A stretch of DNA of 48,983 nucleotides, filler included, from Catajapyx aquilonaris (GCA_000934665.2; 3 parts of 3 records of this genome joined end to end with filler, not necessarily neighbours in it); one strand, 5' to 3'; positions 1-12,487 are shown, counted from the first letter of the whole stretch. Notes: generated from the letters alone by a model not told the origin. Translations and numbers: made by a program.

Positions 1-2185
1 CATTTAGAGTCAGTGGCGATGGTTTGGGTGCCTGAATAGCCTGCAGATTACCTGTAAAGCTCCTTGAACTCCACCCAAACGGACACACATTGTTGTACTT
101 ACGCTAGTATAAGCACGGGATTTTTTCAATAATTGTCGTCTGTTTCTGTTTAGACCGGCGAGAATGAATCATTCTATTCAGAGATGAGTGTAAAAAATTA
201 CAGCGAAGAACATTTTACTAACATTGTTTTATTCCTTAAATTGATCATGGAAAATTTACTTTCTTAAATCTTGGACTACAAGGGAAGCTATACGTAATTT
301 TTTAACGTTTAAATGAGACGGCTGTGGAGCCAGGTCTGCATCTGCTTCCAAGAAAGTCCACATCTTGTAATTCACCATCGGGGTCGTCGTCATCCATGTC
401 CTCATCAGTGGCGTTGTTGAGGTTACTGCACCCATGGCCTACTACAGTCCAACACAATTTCCACGCATATTTGTGCATTGCAGTAGGTGCCTTTTAATCA
501 AATTTCAAAAATCACAATGTGGCCCTTTCGTCATTCGTCCAAAATGTGGTCCAAGTATTCTCTCAAATGTGGTCCAAATTTTGTCCAAGATATGTCCGAA
601 TTTCCTCCCAAAAGTGGTCCGAACTTTGATCTTGGCACACTTCCTCCCACATCCGCGGCAGCATGGCAACATTCTTTTAGGACATACCTACAGGTGCAGC
701 GTGCAGAAATGGAGAAGAGCGAACCTTGCACCCAACAGATTGGAGATGGAGAAGTGAAAATGGGCATCTCGTCCCAGTGACTAGCCTCAAGCCTCCCGCG
801 CAGCAAAAAGAATGAAACAATGAAACATAGTTACGCCAATAGGGGCTTACTTCAAAATTGTTCTGAAATTTCAAGTCTATTATAGGTTCGTGTCAAGGGT
901 CACGAACTTTGACTTGCCAACTTGGCACGTAATAATTTTAATTGGGTATTTTTTGTCTGTTATCACCGGATTATGCATACCGTTTAGAATTGAAAGCCAC
1001 CTTTTTCATGTATGTAGGATGCACAGTTACTGAAATAATCGGGTTATTGTAAGCATCAAAATGGAAGAGTCCTCATTTGTGACCTCGTCCTTGCTCGTGA
1101 CCTATATTGACACTAGCGGGGTTTTAAAATATGTCACTTAGACCTTGACAGAATTCAACCATATACGATATGTTCCAAATCTCGGTTTTCTAGAAACATG
1201 TTGGGTGAACATTTGACTTTTAGTTGCATTAAAACTTCTATGAGTCGAACTTCCCTAAGTCGAAGTTCTCTACAAGTCGAAGAAAATGACGAGCTTGGTT
1301 GGTCACAATGTAAAATAATAGGAAATAGACTTCCCTAACTCGAATTTCTATAACTCGAAGTTCTCCATAACTCGAAGTGCAGGCAGGGCCTTTCGATGGG
1401 ATATCAATGCATTCTCAGTCTCCCTAAGTCGATGTTCATGTTGGCGAGTAAGGAAAATTTTCTCATTTCCCAGCCGAAGGGTCGAGAGTAGGCCACATGC
1501 ACAGAAAGGCTCAATTTCCTGATCTCCGTCTACCAGACGTATCGAAAGAAGTGTTTGGCTCTATTGTGACAATTGAATCCTTGAATCTAAGAGTAGGCAA
1601 ATAACGTCCATAACGGAATTTCTTTACAACAAAACAACGAGGAACATTGTAAGTGCGATAATGACAGTTATTTTTAAGTTTTTAACACCTTTCGACGCTG
1701 GATATAAAGGTTAGTCTTCCTTATGTGGTTATGTCTTATGTAATTCAAAAAAGCCAAACTTCTCTAACTGGAATCTTCTATAACTCGAAGTTTTTTTCCG
1801 GTCCCATGGAGATTCGACTTATAGAAGTTTTACTGTATTATCTCACATGGACAGATGGACTGACCTGCTTGCAGCTTCTATGGCAATGCAGATACAGGTG
1901 CAAGGCTTGTGTGATTGGCCTTGTTTACCATATAAACGAGCCACATACGCCTTAGAGATCTCTGCAGTAGGTAGTTAAGAATATTCTCCATCGTTTTAAA
2001 GCAAAAATCCTATAAACCCGGTAAGTCCACTTACCTCGTTATTGCAGAGAACACTTCAATTGAAAAAAAAAAAATCCCGCGCTTATACAACAATGTGTGT
2101 CCGTTTGGGTGGAGTTCAAGGAGCTTTACAGGTATTAATCTGCAGGCTATTCAGGCACCCAAACCATCGCCACTGACTCTAAATG
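1..2185. repeat. Long-range inverted repeat: arms 1-130 and 2059-2185 (probably two oppositely oriented copies or ends of one DNA transposon)
   Basis: 1-97 (CATTTAGAGTCAGTGGCGATGG...CACATTGTTGTA) is the reverse complement of 2086-2185 apart from a small indel. Similarity continues to about 130/2059. The left arm runs off the window edge. Confidence 0.85.
1227..1835. mobile_element. Tc1/mariner/pogo-type MITE (degraded left end)
   Basis: Left CATTAAAACTTCTATGAGTCGAA vs right TTCGACTTATAGAAGTTTTACTG followed by TA. Internal TAA(C/G)TCGAA subrepeats. Confidence 0.75.
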
Positions 2186-2908
2186 AAGCGATACAATCAA
2201 AAAAAGCACTATGAAAAAAGACATTCGGTCTAAGACAACCCGTCCCATTCCTGCGTGCGTTCCAGAAAAATTCGAGGTAATGAATAGGTTTTGCAGGTTA
2301 ACATAATTAAGTTTATATCAAAATCGTTGGCACTTTTTTCTAAATGACAACACACGTCAAAACAAGTAATTTGTAAAAAGAAATGAGTGTCCAAGTCCAT
2401 GCGTTCACTTTCTATGCGGGTTCAAGGAAAACTGCAGGTATGTTACAGTTTTTGCAGGATTGCAGGGTAATCCCATGAGGGATCACTTGGGAACTTTCAG
2501 ATATTGTTCAGGGGACCCAATTGAACATATATCCCAAGTTTAGTTTAGTAACTCTAAATGTCCAGGTTGTGGGTAAATATCGACTAAATGCACTGGACTA
2601 CATGTACTGAGCTCGGTGAAACCGTACCGGCCCTAAAATGCAACAGGAGACCTTATCTACAGTATATTTCCCTGAAGGTTTCGGCAGGATTAAATCTTTT
2701 CCTTCAGAATAAAAAAATCCAGAACATGAGAAATGCACATGACATTTTACATATTCCCAATTAGACCATCTAGCATTCTAGCTAATATGACAGCAGATAC
2801 GAATGTGATATTTAATAGGGAATCGACCAATGTCACCTTGACTTTTTCTGTTGTCATGGATGAATCCTACCGAATCATACTAATGCCCAGCCAGTCTGCC
2901 AATGTCAA

Positions 2909-2910
<2 letters not shown>

Positions 2911-2958
<48 letters not shown>
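2911..2958. repeat. (GAT)16 microsatellite
   Basis: Read directly from the sequence. Confidence 0.98.
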
Positions 2959-3887
2959 AAAAGTAGCAGCAGCAACATCAACGGGCAGATAAGTTATGTG
3001 ACATTTAAAATTTACAATGGACTATTTGACTATGATGTTCCTATGGCTGATGGGTCGGGCTGGGTTGTGTTTTTGATAGTAAATCCTGGGTTGCAAAAAT
3101 CACCCAATAAGTCATTTGCATATGTGGTTGACTTCTGCATCACCTCGGTTTGGGTTGGCCCGATCTATACATCTCGCATGGCAATGTGAGGAGAAAGGTT
3201 CAACTAGTAGCATTTTGTAAAAAAATCCATCTCAATAGGAAATAATTCTGGAGGTGAAACTTTCATTGATTCTAGGAGTCTAGATAGTATTGATGCTACA
3301 ATGTGCTACAATGCACTATAGGCCTACTAACTGTCAAATTCGGACATGGTATTTTAGGGGCGGAAGCCCCTAAGTGAGACCGTACAACAATTCTCAACCA
3401 TGAATTTTTCTACATCTTGTTCTTGGACTTGTTGTTACACTTTTTTTACTCTCCCTAACTCAAGTTCTGCTGTAGGTAGAGCTTCCAAATTTTGAACACA
3501 TATGCCCACCGTCGCGTCGTGAAGTGCATTCCTACCATTTGCAGCTAAACCCAATTCCTCTTCAAAACGCTGCAAAAAATTAAAAACCAATAAAAAATAA
3601 GTTTCTATTTTTTTTTGCTCAATAACTATTCGGAATTTGGTTTCTTCATCAGAGGGCCGAATGCGCAGTAGGATGGTGCATTGGTGCGGATCTATGTTCA
3701 AAACCTCGCAGTTCCACCTGCTGCAGGATGTAAGTTATGATTTTTTCACAAATTTTTTTCCGTCAAATAACTTACTTCATTTGTTCGTGATTCCATCACC
3801 TAGCAATGTCAATTCCTATCTACACCTCGCCACATTATTAGCGAAATGTTACCCCGCTGCTCTGGGGTGAACAGATTGTACTTATTA

Positions 3888-4322
3888 CAGTTGAATCCAG
3901 ATATAACAGCCTCGGCTATATAACAGACTTTTGGTTATAAAGGCCGTCCCCGGCATGCTTCCATAAGACCCTGTGTAATTGACTCTTCATTTAACATACT
4001 CATTTTCACCGCACCTCGGGTAAGCGTATAACACACCATTTCTTGGCCCTCGGTGGGAAAATATAGTTTTCCAGGTACAAAATTTGCATGAAGGAGACAG
4101 CAGAAGAAAATTTCGGATATTTTGGTCCTTCATAATTTTTGGGTGAGCATATTACATTTTTGACAGATTTCATTAATCAGTATGTAGTCTAGTAGTGCAT
4201 ATTGCAGCCATATTGAAAAGCAAAAATCTGTTTTCATTGCGTGACGATTTGGCTTAACAGACCTCGGTTATAACAGACTTTTTCCGCGGTCTCTTGAAGT
4301 TTGTTTGATCTGGATTCAACTG
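3888..4322. mobile_element. Tc1/mariner/pogo-type MITE
   Basis: Perfect 15-bp TIR CAGTTGAATCCAGAT...ATCTGGATTCAACTG, flanked by TA on both sides. Internal TATAAC subrepeats. Confidence 0.88.
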
Positions 4323-4426
4323 TACTATTAACCCTTCACTACCTGCTACATCGCAGTTGCCATTGCCATCGCCAAGTATTACCGGCCAACTCTTAAGCTG
4401 ATTTCATTATGAATTTATGCTACAGC

Positions 4427-4625
4427 ATATGCTGAATATCTACCTTGGGAAACGTGCCAGACGAATTTCCTGAAATCGTCGCATTTCGCGAAAATTAAAT
4501 AAGTGAAGAGACTTTTCAGATGTGACGGAGGCAAGCCGCAGATATGTATCGATTTAATTCTTGCAAAGTACCATGATTTCAGCAAATTCGTCTGGTACGG
4601 TTCTCAATGCATATATTCCGTATAT
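4427..4625. repeat. Old palindromic element / MITE with ~53-bp diverged arms
   Basis: ATATGCTGAATATCTACCTTGGGAAACGTGCCAGACGAATTTCCTGAAATCGT pairs imperfectly with 4573-4625. Confidence 0.65.
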
Positions 4626-4660
4626 TTTAGCATATAGGCTATTTCATAATTAAATCAGAC

Positions 4661-4960
4661 GGGGGAAGGCGAAGTGGCACTGCGGTAACGTATGCGCCCA
4701 CAGATGGAAGGGTCCCAGGTTCGATCCCAAGCCCGGGCATTCCCCCCTTACATCTCGTGTGGAGTTCGGGGTCTCTCCGGCTTTGTCTAGGGTGGGATTT
4801 CTGATAGACGAACCACCCGGGGGAGCTCACAAAATGACCATAGCAACGACAGTACCATTGCACATCCCCTCCCTACTACCCAGTAGTAGGCTTGGTCCAC
4901 GGCTGATGGGAGTCATTTTTCAAAATACAGGCAACATGTTGTCCCAAGTCACCCCACCTT
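4661..4960 (+). mobile_element. tRNA-derived SINE (3' limit approximate)
   Basis: A-box-like GTGGCACTGCGG and B-box GGTTCGATCCC at tRNA-like spacing, followed by a non-tRNA body. No Pol III terminator. Confidence 0.65.
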
Positions 4961-4977
4961 TATGTGATTAAGGTATA

Positions 4978-5095
4978 TAGTCTGGTGACCCCGGGTAGCT
5001 TGCCCCTTTGGGTAACTGGTTGTTTACTGCTATCCTTTTACATATGCTGCCATGGTGATTGCCCCCGGGCAAGCTTACCCGGGGTCACCAGACTA
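4978..5095. mobile_element. 118-bp hairpin MITE
   Basis: TAGTCTGGTGACCCCGGGTAGCTTGCCC...GGGCAAGCTTACCCGGGGTCACCAGACTA (28-bp arms, 1-nt indel). Confidence 0.8.
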
Positions 5096-6409
5096 GGGGC
5101 CTAAAAAAAGATGAATACTGAAAAGTTAATTGGTAATCAGCCATGCATCATCATTCGCAATAGAACCTGTCAGTGAAGTAAATCTGGTATTTTTATGAAG
5201 TGTGATTTATTAATGCAGAAATTTGCACATATCAGGCATAATTATCAAATTTGTAAAAATGAACACAGAGTGTAAGAATGGAGATCTGTATAAATACTTG
5301 GATAATTTCATAGTAACAGGAACAAATGGTGTAAAATACAGAAAGCCCTTGACTTACATAAGTGGAATGCTACACATCCCATGCATGATGAAATTTATGC
5401 AACTTGGAGCCATGTTTTATTATACAGTACACTATACTTTATGCAACATTCCAAAACCACAACGCCTTTGGCCAGATCCCCAGTCCCAGCGTCACTGCCA
5501 AGGCACAATAGTGTCCCTTGGCCTGTGGCGCACAAGGCAGACAGTAATGGTGCCGATACTAACCCACACAGTAAGGGCCCAGCTCCCTACACTCGCATCT
5601 AAATAAAATCATCAGGAACATCGGGAATCATGAGGACCACGCCTGGCAGGGCATAAGACATGGGGTAATAGCACCATGTGTCAGGACAAGGGACCAGGAA
5701 TAAAGTGTCGTAGTTTCAGAATCCTGCGTACCATACGCACTGGAGCCACTGTCATACTCAATTGGGGCATAGGTAGGGGTGGGTGTCGTGGTAGTTGGAG
5801 TGGCAGTATTGATGGTAGCGGCACAAGAAGCAGTTGGTGACACTCCACCATATACAATTTAACTAATTTTCTTGTAATTAGTGGCATTTTGCATTACCAT
5901 TTGTTTTGTAAATCGGGTAAATATTTACTGATGTCCGAGTTTTTTGGTAAGACTGGATTTATGTAAGTCAAGGCTAGGTAAGGTAGGGGCCTTCTGTACT
6001 GGCTATCACTTTATATAGAAGCTGCATAATATTGCAGTGACTGCATGAAGTTACAGTACTCAAGACTAGCTAATACAACTTTTGCATGGTCACACATACC
6101 CTCTCACTATCATCAATATCATAACTTCTGCATATGAAATATACTGTGCTTAACATACACTTAAGCACCCAAACCTTTTTCCAAATGTCAACATTTAAAA
6201 TATCATTCTGAACAAAAACATTCTGAATATAAATATAATTTTTCGAGGGTTGATTAGGCTTGATCCCTCGTTCCTCTTAACCTGAGATATTTTCCTCATC
6301 ACACCTTTTGTACGCTTCTCCTGGCAGTAGTTTCCTATCATGATTCTGTAGCATAAAAGTTTCAGTGCATTTATGTTATTTAGAAATGCTACCCATCAGT
6401 CTTCCTAAA

Positions 6410-7246
6410 TTAGATATTCCTGCACAAGAGGTAGTTAGTTAGAATGGTGGGTAATCCTAACATTTTAATGCTGCTGGTGATGTCTGTTCCATTCTGAATG
6501 TTGGATATATGCTTTCTGACAGTCACCATGGCAATCCTCTTCAGAGGTGGTGGCATCGTCCTCTCCATTTCAAACCATTCCATAAAGGCTGTGTCATGTA
6601 CAAAAGAATCTGGCATGTCATTTATCCATGGCCAATTCTTGACCTTAGCACCTGCTGCTACTAGAAACCTGAAAAGCTCTTTTTCTTCAGTCTTCATGCA
6701 CCAGTACAATGGATTTTGCATCTTAGAATTGATATGGTCAAGGTTAATACCACTTGCCACCAACATATGAACTGCCTCAATTTTCTCTGTAGTATGGGAA
6801 TACTGGGTTACTTGGTAGAGGGGACACTCAACTGAGGTGAGAGCATAATTTAGCTGAGCACCTCTCACAATGAGGCACCACATAAGATCTAGTCGGAATC
6901 TATCTGCAGCAAACCATAATGCAGTGTGACCATAAAAATCCTTGGCATTCAAATCAGCGTTCTGGACAATTAGAAAATGCACAATATCTGTGTTCCCAAG
7001 GCGGGTTGCAGTAACAAGAGGTGGTTCAATCCGGTCACATTGGTCCATACTGTGCAAGTTCAGTGAGGCTCCATGTTCCACCAGCATCTGCACCATAGGC
7101 AAACTGTTGGTTCGGACTGCAGCAGAGAGTGGTGTTACATTCCGAAAGTACACATCCAGGTTAACTCTCCTCTTGCATAAATTCTCCAGTAAGTTTATGT
7201 CTCCTGAATGTATGGCGTGAATGAGTTCTGGGGCATGGTTGGTCCT
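6410..7246 (-). CDS. Ankyrin repeat and SOCS box protein (ASB-type Cullin-RING substrate adaptor), main and last coding exon
   Basis: About 6 ankyrin repeats (TPLSAAV, PPLVTAT, GHTALWFAA, CPLYQV, NPLYWC) and a C-terminal SOCS box PPPLKRIAMVTVRKHI...IKMLGLPTILTNYL. Acceptor TTTTCTTGTTCACAG precedes 7246 (phase 0), so the first 17 codons of the ORF-track call are intronic. Confidence 0.92.
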   Translation of the reverse strand, partial: RTNHAPELIHAIHSGDINLLENLCKRRVNLDVYFRNVTPLSAAVRTNSLPMVQMLVEHGASLNLHSMDQCDRIEPPLVTATRLGNTDIVHFLIVQNADLNAKDFYGHTALWFAADRFRLDLMWCLIVRGAQLNYALTSVECPLYQVTQYSHTTEKIEAVHMLVASGINLDHINSKMQNPLYWCMKTEEKELFRFLVAAGAKVKNWPWINDMPDSFVHDTAFMEWFEMERTMPPPLKRIAMVTVRKHISNIQNGTDITSSIKMLGLPTILTNYLLCRNI

Positions 7247-7418
7247 CTGTGAACAAGAAAACATTAGAATGCAATTGAGCCCTGCATAAACCATCATTAT
7301 GTGAAACCCTTGAATGCTAATCTAAATTATAATTGTCACAAAATGACAAATACTAAAAGGGTGACTGAAAACAATTTTAATTTTGGTAGTTGGGTACTTT
7401 CAACATTTTAAAAATTAC

Positions 7419-7451
7419 CTCCCATATGCCAACATGGCCTCCAGCTGATGC
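7419..7451 (-). CDS. Predicted 33-nt internal exon of the ASB gene (ASAGGHVGIWE)
   Basis: Acceptor TTTCTATCCTAG and donor GAG|GTAATT. Phase 0/0, in frame with the main exon. Confidence 0.55.
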
Positions 7452-7724
7452 CTAGGATAGAAATGTGCTTGTGAAACATTACTAAATTCTAGGGGGGAAA
7501 ATTCACAATTTTGGGTCGTTTTATAACTTATTTACACTCCAACCATTTTTAACTCTGTGAAACAGAATTCATGTGACAACAGCTTTACAGTAATTATACC
7601 ATGTCAAACCTTCACTGCTAAGGTGAACTTGACTTGCATTGTGAGTTTTTCAAGTGGAATACTTTTTTGTGACAAGAACACTGGCCTCCCAACCTTATAC
7701 CTTTTGCTTCCTAAGATAGGGATA

Positions 7725-8156
7725 CACTGTACTCCTGATTATCCGGGTGCGGATTATCCGTGATGCTGATTATCCGTGCACCGCCAAAATATAATAATTT
7801 TTTAAGTCCGGAAAAATGGGTCAAATTTTCGTCCCACTGCTAGATACTGCTAACTTCGCAGTACGAGTGCAAATTAAGCTAGCAGTAACTAGCAGTGGGA
7901 CGAAAATTTAACCTACTGTCAATATGTCTCGCCAACGACAAAATATAACACTTTTTCCGGAAGACAAAGTAAAAATATATGGTACATTTAATTATTTTGA
8001 TTAAACCAAGCAGCATACACTCTGTACAGTAGTACATTAAAAACCTATGAATAGCTCATTTTTACGCTTTCTAGGACCATTCTTATGATTATCCGCGTTT
8101 TTCGATTATCCAGCGACACCGTGCAGTTATTAGCCCGGATAATCGGGAGTACAGTG
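7725..8156. mobile_element. Tc1/mariner/pogo-type MITE with an internal palindrome (7824-7909)
   Basis: TA|CACTGTACTCCTGATTATCCGGG...CCCGGATAATCGGGAGTACAGTG|TA. Internal AAATTTTCGTCCCACTGCTAG...CTAGCAGTGGGACGAAAATTT. Confidence 0.88.
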
Positions 8157-8811
8157 TACTTAACACATAATTACTAAGAGAGAATAGGCAGTTGTTGTTT
8201 TTTGTCCTACTGCTAGCTAGCACAGTACCATTATCAACAAATTAATAACAATGGTAACCCATGAGAGATGAGACTGATCAAGGAAGGCTCCTGACTAGCA
8301 AAAGCAGTCTGCTAGCAAAGCATTAACAGGATGAAAAGACATGTGACAGATTTTTAGGCCATTAAAATCCGGAAAAAAAGAGCATGTAGCTGGTTCTTAA
8401 AATTTGGCGAACACTTGAATTTCTAAAATGAAAAAATATATATATGTATTTTAGATTTATCAGATATATATATTTCCATGCATTGTAAAAGTATTGTTGA
8501 AATATGTACATTTGTGTAGGAAGATTAGTAATAATAATTATCACAAAAAAAAATCCCTACGGAATGGAAAAAAAAGGAAAGTAAGATCTAAGTAACGGAT
8601 AGAAATTACTGAAACAAGACTGGGCTGCGTAAGATCTTCAACCTTACGGATAAATGTAACCCAGAGATCTTACTTCCGCATTTTACACAATAATGAGATT
8701 TGATCAAAGCGTCTTTGTCCATCAGCCATTCTAATGCTAATAAGCCAATCTGTGGACCATTAAACATTCAAGCTACTCAGTAAATCGATGAACAAATTAA
8801 TTAATTCAAGG

Positions 8812-9015
8812 TTTATATTTATCCTTTATCCTTATTAAATACATTATATTATATATACCGGTATTATATTAAATTATATATTATATTAGATTATGTTATA
8901 TTAAATTATATTATATTAAATGTTATAATATATTGAATTATATATTTCTATTATATGTATTATATATATTACATATGACATGATATGACATGATATATAC
9001 ATATATACATATATG
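8812..9015. repeat. AT-rich degenerate microsatellite (TATTA/ATATGAC)
   Basis: Low-complexity tract read directly. Confidence 0.85.
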
Positions 9016-9220
9016 ATGTACACATGTCTCATTGAAGTTGAGTGTCTCCAAGTGTTTGATGTAATTTGCAAGGACAAACTTGTACATTCATCCAAGCATA
9101 GGTGGCACTACTTGACACTATTGTCATTATATTTCCATAACCCCTGGAATACAGTCAGGCCGGAAACTTTTGGCACCTACCTCGTAATGTATGGTAACAA
9201 TAACAACAACAGCTTAGCCT

Positions 9221-9370
9221 GTGTTCCCAAGCTCACAAGAACGAGAATTTTCAAGTTAATGAGATACGTTTAAGGGCGAATGAGAAGCCACGTATGAATG
9301 AACTTAGAAAATTGGCTTCTTGGTCTCATTCATGCTTTCACTGCGACTGATCTTGTGAGCTTGGAAACAC
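9221..9370. mobile_element. Small MITE
   Basis: GTGTTCCCAAGCTCACAAGA...TCTTGTGAGCTTGGAAACAC (19/20 inverted match). Confidence 0.75.
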
Positions 9371-9395
9371 ACCATTATTTGACCAACGAACTTAC

Positions 9396-9407
9396 CACCA
9401 AGGCCAT
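9396..9407 (-). CDS. Predicted start-codon exon portion of the ASB gene (MALV); whole exon about 9396-9473
   Basis: ATG GCC TTG GTG|GTAAGT strong phase-0 donor. Acceptor ATTTTCACAAATTTCAG before 9473. Confidence 0.45.
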
Positions 9408-9775
9408 GCTGAACACACGGATATCCTATACTGAATCTAAGGTCACCAGTTTCAAGTGGTTGATTGGGGGAACCTGAAATTTGTGAAAATGTTACTCATA
9501 TTCTGCTAAAAAACCACAGCTACAAAACTTTATCCGCAGCATAACAGGAGCATCACATCTAGGCATATTTACTGCCCTCTTAATTTTCATATCACACATC
9601 AGCAAGATGTAGGGCTCAATTCCAAAAAGTCGACTTTATAGATAACTTTGAAAGTGTAATTGTTTCAGTAATACTTCCAAAATGAAAAGTGCAAGAGAGG
9701 CGTATTGCTCCAGTTCACTTCAGCTGCTGGTGGAATATTGGATAGCAAGATGTGCCTCTTGTCCTGATCAAGACT

Positions 9776-9836
9776 GTCTGATTTATTCAACTCCGGACCC
9801 ACGTCTCCAAGCACCCCTTCTCCTCCACCCATCCAC
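9776..9836 (-). mobile_element. 3' fragment of the same SINE family as 10081-10443, opposite orientation
   Basis: Reverse complement closely matches 10375-10443 (GGTGGAGGAGAAGGGG..CTTGG.GACGTGGGTC.GGAGTTGAATAAATCAGA). Confidence 0.8.
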
Positions 9837-10080
9837 ACCTCCAGGGACTGTACTTCTTAGCAATCTAACCTCACACATGTTGTATCACAAACAATGTTGT
9901 AATTAAATCATACGGCATACATTTGATATAAATTATTAATGGGAGTGTTCAGTGACACTCTGCGTATTCCCTTGTCATGGGCAGGAAGGAACAGCACTGA
10001 CTACATATTGCATTAATGGTGACAGCAGTGACCACATGTGTGAGGTTAGGTTGGTAACAAGTACAGTACGTGGAAGGGTA

Positions 10081-10443
10081 CAGCTGGCACTGGTGGTCTG
10101 GTGGTAAGCACGCTCGCCTCTGGTCCCAAAGTTGTGAGTTCAAACCCCGCCGAGGTCGGTGACTTTTCTCCGGGTGGTAGAAAAGTGAGAGTGCGCCTTC
10201 CTTCGGAGGGGAAGTAAAGCCGTAGGTCCCATGTGCTTGTGACATTGCGCGAGTGCACGTTAAAGATCCTCAGAGTGGCCAAATTTCCAGGAGGAGGACT
10301 ACCGGACCACCCCCTGGCATCGGTGTTGAGCCATGCAGCAGAAATATGCCGACGTTCAGCCCCCACTAAAGTCCGTGGATGGGTGGACGGGTGGAGGAGA
10401 AGGGGGGCTTGGTGACGTGGGTCTGGAGTTGAATAAATCAGAG
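10081..10443 (+). mobile_element. tRNA-derived SINE of an arthropod-type family
   Basis: A box TGGTCTGGTGG, B box GAGTTCAAACC. Body motifs TTCGGAGGGGAAGTAAAGCCG and CACGTTAAAGATCC resemble arthropod SINEs (from memory). Ends in AATAAA. Confidence 0.8.
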
Positions 10444-10683
10444 AGTAACAGTATGTTCTCATGAGTGGCTATGCTAAAATGGTAAGAGAAATAGCACCAT
10501 TAGTAGGTGTTAAACAACCTGTTGCACCGGTTGTGTCTCAAGAGGATGACTGGTTTTATCAACTGTGGTCGTCAGAAACGTAAGTTAAGCAAATGGCGAT
10601 CAAGTTATTTTTGCAGCATAAAATGAGCCTGCCTGAGATGAAGGAGGAGTGAGGCAGAAGAAAAGGCACTCATTATAACATAC

Positions 10684-10945
10684 CTTAGACAGCACCACAC
10701 AGCACCAACTGTACAGCTAATCTCGTCTTCCTGGAAGTACTTCTTTGTCAATCCGGAACTGATCAATGACCTGCAGAGTGTATGGCCTTGTGCATGGGCC
10801 AGCTTCAGGCATCTCTCTCAGCTCAGTCAGCTATAGAGAGACCAAATCCAGTGAAAATCCGGTCTAAATTTAGACGCCCAGTCACCGCCACAGCTGCCGC
10901 TCAAACCTTGCACCGTTGCACGTGCCGGGAAATGGCCGGAAGCTG
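10684..10945 (-). promoter_or_regulatory. Candidate promoter and non-coding first exon of the ASB gene
   Basis: Locally GC/CpG-richer, Ets-like CCGGAAG near 10936, minus-strand donor AAG|GTATGT at 10684/10683, only short uORFs. Confidence 0.4.
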
Positions 10946-11486
10946 GATAGAAGAATAAACACAATGCGGGTACCACGATATCATTTTCATTTAATTAAGC
11001 AAACTATTTAGTAATTTGGTACAACACTTTACAATATAGTCGATATAAATAAGCACATGTCCTAAAATTCTTCTGACACTAATGCCGCCTAGCCGTACTC
11101 TTTCACACTAGCACCACTGTAGGCGACTTGTGAAAGCTAATACCACCCAATTCAAATCTCGGTACAATAATTACACCTCATTACACCTCAATCCCGTCCT
11201 CAATCCAATAAATAAACGTATAATGCCTGCATGGGCATGTTGCAATTTGATTTTAAATCATAGCGTTAATACAGGGTGTCCCGAATAAGATATGTATACA
11301 CACTTTGATTGCTGATAAATATTATTGTTGCTTTACACAAATGTAATTTTATGATAATGATTATTATGAAGAAGCAATATGAGACTCGGTATAATTCGGA
11401 TGTGGTTATTATCAGGGTGGTTTCAGAACAATGGCACGTGGTCAGTTCGTAAGCCACTTTCCTGCTGGTGAAACTGTCCTAATGTA

Positions 11487-12110
11487 TTAGGGGGCACGGC
11501 AGTGCCCCCGCCAAGTTCTCGCCGCACTGCCGGACCACCTTTACCCGACACAACTCACGTCATTTTGACCCCCTCGAATCTTCGCACTGGTGAACATACG
11601 TGGCTTCAAAAATTTTATTTGGGTAGATAAAAATCGATTAAAAATAATACCCCCTTACTTCCATGTTCATATCTCTCTTCATTTCCGACTTAAGATATCC
11701 TAAAAACTCCCAAAACGGCCAAAATTAGGGGGCACGGCAGTGCCCCCGCCAAGTTCTCGCCGCACTGCCGGACCACCTTTACCCGACACAACTCACGTCA
11801 TTTTGACCCCCTCGAATCTTCGCACTGGTGAACACACGTCGCTTCAAAATTTTTATTTGGGTAGATAAAAATCGATAAAAAATAATACCCCCTTACTTCC
11901 ATGTTCATATCTCTTTTCATTTCCGACTTAAAAAATCCTAAAAACTCCCGAAACGGCCAAAATATGACACTCACTCACTCACTGACTGATCATCAAAATT
12001 ATACGGCACTTCCAGTGGTCCTAGGATGCTGAAATTTGGTATGCTGGTAAATCTTGTCAAACAAACACCAGAATAAATCTGAAAACGGCACTTTTTTGAG
12101 TCTAAATGCT
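11487..12110. mobile_element. Helentron-associated non-autonomous element (DINE-1/HINE-like) with a 238-bp tandem duplication
   Basis: Two near-identical units starting TTAGGGGGCACGGCAGTGCCCCC (hairpin) at 11487 and 11725, then a (CACT)n microsatellite and CCTAGGATGCTGAAATTTGGTATG, resembling the DINE-1-like core. Confidence 0.7.
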
Positions 12111-12423
12111 CAAAAAAAATTATTTTCACGAAGTCTGCTGCTGCTGACCAGATGCGGCATTTTTAACACGGATTACTTTTTACTTTGAATTTCCATCAGT
12201 TATGCTGGTGCTCCTCCTGCCCTCCCACGTTCTCATCTCCTCACCCCCTCCTCACCCCCTCCCTTCCCCCCCCCCCTCCTGCATATNTTGTGGATCAAAA
12301 GAAATCATGTCAAGGAAATTACTAATTCATGATTTTTTGGGGGGAAAAGTGCTACCAATTTCATCTAATACACACCCATTCAAATCTCCCATATTCACCT
12401 AAGCTCGTGTGACCTTGAACCCG

Positions 12424-12487
12424 AAAAATTTCGCCTGCGGCGGACCTCCCCGCCCCCGAACTGGCTGGATTCCTGGCTACGTCACTG
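12424..12487. mobile_element. Isolated hAT-like non-autonomous right end
   Basis: AAAAATTTCGCCTGCGGCG...CCTGGCTACGTCACTG, the reverse complement of a CAGTG.CGTAGCCAGG terminus. Confidence 0.5.

Noticed and set aside
515..625. Repeated GTGGTCC(A/G)A motifs
   Set aside because: Probably subterminal repeats of a decayed transposon; no boundaries could be defined.
2902..3189. Poly-Asp ORF
   Set aside because: Created by the (GAT)16 microsatellite; no other coding signal.
4661..4740. tRNA genes (also about 10085-10155, 21300-21370, 43205-43280)
   Set aside because: A/B boxes are present, but the cloverleafs are imperfect and each continues into a SINE body or tail.
5223..5887. Short ORFs downstream of the ASB gene
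   Set aside because: No recognisable domain or consistent splice structure; could be UTR or decayed TE.
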